This document shows, piece after piece, positions 60,675 through 64,000 of a stretch of DNA of 64,000 nt (position 1 is its first letter; each line of letters begins with the position of its first letter). The notes under the pieces were generated by a model, which worked only from the letters and a program-made list of their open reading frames with translations, was not told the origin of the DNA and did no database searches. A program made the position numbers and the translations under genes. The DNA comes from Utricularia gibba (taxonomy: Eukaryota; Plantae; Magnoliophyta), in the NCBI GenBank assembly GCA_002189035.1, contig CM007992.1:806001-870000 (forward strand), written 5' to 3'.

Positions 60675-62304
60675 CTAAAAAACAGACTGTCCATACTTGA
60701 AAACATGGCCAGGGTCAAGATGGAACACCTTGCAAATCTTGGCAAGAGAGCATTCGCTCACACCATCATTCGCACTTGTTGATTGTATGAGCCTTTGGAG
60801 TTCTTCTGAGTGTCGAAGAACCTTCATTGGCAAGTTTGCAGTCAGTTTTAGGCAATTCAAACTGGAATCCAGCTAATTGTAAAACTGAAGTTGTATAACC
60901 ATCCTTACGTATGGTGCCATAAATGTATTTGCGAGGTGCGGATCAGGATCATTAACTGGAGGCTCTTGCCTCTTGGACAACTCTTGTGCAACATTGGGGG
61001 GCTCACTCAATAAATAAAGAAGCTTTTCACTTCCCTGAAAAATCTCAAGTTGACACCCAAAAAAGGGAAAATTGAGGCCATAATGATTCAGGAATACAGG
61101 TTGCAGAGGTATTTTCACCTGTGAGGCTCGCCAGTGACAGTAAGTGCGAAATAATATCCAAAAGAATGGAATGTTGGGTAAAGGCAGAATCTACAAAAAT
61201 AGTCAAGTATAATTTTTCAGCATGTGTATGCTAAGGAATGAACTTCAAATTCCAACGGATACCATGAAAATGGATGTGAAAGGCAGCAAGATAGCAGAGC
61301 CATAGAAGTAATTCTTATGCACTACAGATCCCCTGTCAATATTCATTCAAGGAGCAGCATATTCAATGTCAAGCAAAGTACAAAATCATATTCCCCCCTA
61401 CATTAGTACACCCATGATCAAATAAATAGGCAAGTATCTGAAAACATCAGCATGGAAATAGGAAAAACTAACTTTGATGCCAAATGACGCAGTCTCCGGT
61501 GGACAAGTCGCTGATTCAAACTGTAAAATATCAACGAGAGCTTTTTTGAACTACGTTCCTTTTCTATTACATTTTTTTTGGAATAGGAAAGGTGCTGAAG
61601 AAGACCACCTTCTTGGATACACAACATCCAATCCAGATATCTCCTTTCCAATGGATCTAAAGAAAATTTCTGAAGGCTTAACTCTTGACAGTAACTTCAA
61701 TCCTAACCTACACGCAAGGACAATGACTCAGAATTCTTTCACAGGAAAAAAGATGCATGTTGCGAGAATATGACCCGACACCTAACTCAATAATTAATAG
61801 CAAATTTAGCGAACAAGATGGAAAAAATAATTATTATAATAAATAAATACCCATGAATCTTATTCTTGAATGTCCCCCTAGGCGCCTTCTCCAAATTAGT
61901 CCAGGATTGATTCATCTGTAAATGCCCAATGCAAAAGAAACAGAAACCCAGTTTGAGGAAGCAAAATTAGAAACATCCGGAGCACAAGCTGTAGTGCATA
62001 CGAAACCCAATTCCGCACAAGCGAAACTTGAATCATTATCTAGAAACATTAAGACAACAAATGTTGGTGCACTTTTGACCTTGTTCGCAACGAAATCAAC
62101 CGCAATTTCGAGTCTGGATACATCTTTCAGTCCACCGCTACCACGAGACGACGACGAAGTGAAGAGTTTGTGGTAAAGCTCCTTCAAAGTGGATGGAGCG
62201 TTGGAGGATTGACCCGCGGCGGCACTCAGCACCGATGGATCGATCGACCGGCTGAAACACCAATTTCTCCCCCTTATCGGAAAAACCACCACTTTAGCTC
62301 TCAT
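60675..62304 (-). CDS. Mitochondrial K+/H+ exchange-related protein (Mit_KHE1/DUF2343, At1g53760-like)
   Basis: MRAKVVVFPIRGRNWCFSRSIDP, LEKAPRGTFKNKIHG|LGLKLLSRVKPSEIF, RLVHRRLRHLA, and LPLPNIPFFWILFRTYCHWRA. Confidence 0.9.
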
Positions 62305-62852
62305 CGGAGCAACACAAAATCAACGACGGAAATTTCCAGAAACCGCCCCAAAGGGTTTTTGGTGCCACAAGTGTCAAGCACCGACTGAGACCAAAGCCCA
62401 GGGTTTAGTCGAAGCTAAAGTAATTTTATTATTTTTATCTGTAAAATAACTAAAAATAGCAGTAACAGCTACCAAATATCCTTTTTAAGGCTCGACGACA
62501 AAAACGGAAAGGGAGCGATGCGATGACGACGGACGGCAATTTCAACTTGCCGATCAAGAAAAAGGTAATTCCGGCGCCGCCGTGTTTGAGCGGCATTCTG
62601 ATTGCCCTAATTTCGCGGAGGTGGGGACGCGTGAGATTGCTGCTGTAAAATCTTCCCTTTCGGGTAGATTCTGCTGTAAATGGTAAACACGTAGCTACCG
62701 GCATTAAGGACAAAAAGTGGCTCTTGTATTCACTGATCTGCGGTCGGAGATCTCTTTTAAAGTAGCCGAAGCGTAATTGTCGGCAGGATGGTGAAAGAGG
62801 CATCTTATCAAGAGACACTGGCCACTTCTCCTTTCCCTCCTCTGAGGCAACA

Positions 62853-64000
62853 ATGGCTGCGGATCCGAGGCACTTCGTCGCCGGTGTACTCACCCTCACA
62901 ATGTTCGTCATGCTCGGCGATATGGTCAAGCGCGACTACTACGATTCCGTCCATGTACGCATTTTCCTTCTTTTGTCAATCCTTCTTCAGGAAACCTTTT
63001 TCTGGATCTTGAGATTTAGATTTCTGCCGCGTATCGAGATTTCTGGTTGAAGTTTTCCTGTTTCCTTCGGAAGCCACATGTCAATAACTCGAATAAGGCT
63101 TCAGAGCGGGGTATTGAGAGAGTTACCGACGGGGCTGATCGGCTTTGGAAGGAGGATGGGCTGAGTTTGAAGCCCTGTTGGGAGAAGCCACTTGTCGGTG
63201 AGTAGCTCCTCCGCTTTAAGTTTTCATTTTCTCTCCTGCTGATCAGTTAAGTGGTGAATACTCTTTCAGGGGCTGAGGAATCCAAAGGATATGTTACCTT
63301 CTCTTTAACCAATGGCCCAGAATACCATGTTTCTCAGGTGTAGATCCGTGCCATTTTGGGATGTGTTGTGGCTTTTTCTGGGTTCCATAGCTCATCTGCT
63401 CTTGCTGCAGATTGCTGATGCAGTGGTGGTTGCACGATATCTACGAGCAAAACTCGTTATCCCTGATATTCGAGGGAGCAAACCTGGAGACAAGAGGTGA
63501 GCAAAGGATGAATATTGTTAGTTACTTTCAGGGCATGAGCTGATCAGACAAACTGGTGATGACTTTCAGGAATTTTGAAGAGGTCTATGACACTGAGTAC
63601 CTCATTGGAAGCTTGGGAGGGGTGGTTGAGGTGGTGAAGTCTCTTCCAGTTGAGGTATCCGCTCGTAATCTTGCAGTCTTGAAGGTCCCAAATCGGATCT
63701 CCGAGGATTACATAGCAGAAAACATTGAAACTTCCTTCAGATCAAAGGGAAACATAAGGCTGGTCACATATTTCCCATCTGTGAACATGAAAAGGAATGA
63801 AGGAACGAGCAATGCGGACTCCATTGCATGTTTAGGCATGTTTGGCACATTGGTTCTTCAACCACAAGTGCAACAAGTAGTTGACTCCATAATCGATCGC
63901 TTGAGATCCCTGAGCCAAAAGTCAGATGGGCGCTTTGTGGCTATTGATCTCAGGATCCACATGTTGGAGAAAAAGGGATGCCGCAGGGACGAATCTGGCT
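62853..64000 (+). CDS. MSR: MANNAN SYNTHESIS-RELATED (O-fucosyltransferase-like, GT65R family); truncated by the window end
   Basis: MAADPRHFVAGVLTLTMFVMLGDMVKRDYYD, KGYVTFSLTNGPEYHVSQ|IADAVVVARYLRAKLVIPDIRGSKPGD, and GRFVAIDLR. Confidence 0.92.

Overview
Very gene-dense plant (eudicot) nuclear DNA with about 21 protein-coding genes in 62 kb and mostly 70-150 bp introns. The left edge is one end of a Mutator-like transposon (TIR plus a spliced transposase). Genes in order: G-patch protein, plastid MutS2, BRH1-like RING-H2, SAP30/AFR-like, PLS-E PPR, CCT3, rhodanese-domain protein, MED6, clavaminate-synthase-like 2OG oxygenase, RRM protein, second PLS-E PPR, glutathionyl-hydroquinone reductase, sulfiredoxin, DUF1666, CIA30, NUMOD3-motif protein, organellar L7/L12, PEPR/INRPK1-like LRR-RLK, PSY1R-like LRR-RLK, Mit_KHE1 protein and MSR (runs off the right edge). 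The ORF track misses a complete U5 snRNA gene (USE, TATA-like box, loop I, Sm site, 3' box) at about 34549-34674 (-). Six otherwise conserved genes carry at least nine single-base deletions, all in short homopolymers, which is most likely consensus error in the assembly. Other points of interest: a spliced ORF starting 4 nt after the MED6 stop, a lone USE in the MED6/oxygenase bidirectional promoter, four GC-AG introns, a copia gag relic in a CIA30 intron, a head-to-head RLK pair, and two unexplained GC-rich islands. Homologue names come from my recall of Arabidopsis proteins, not from a database search. Exon boundaries were read by eye.
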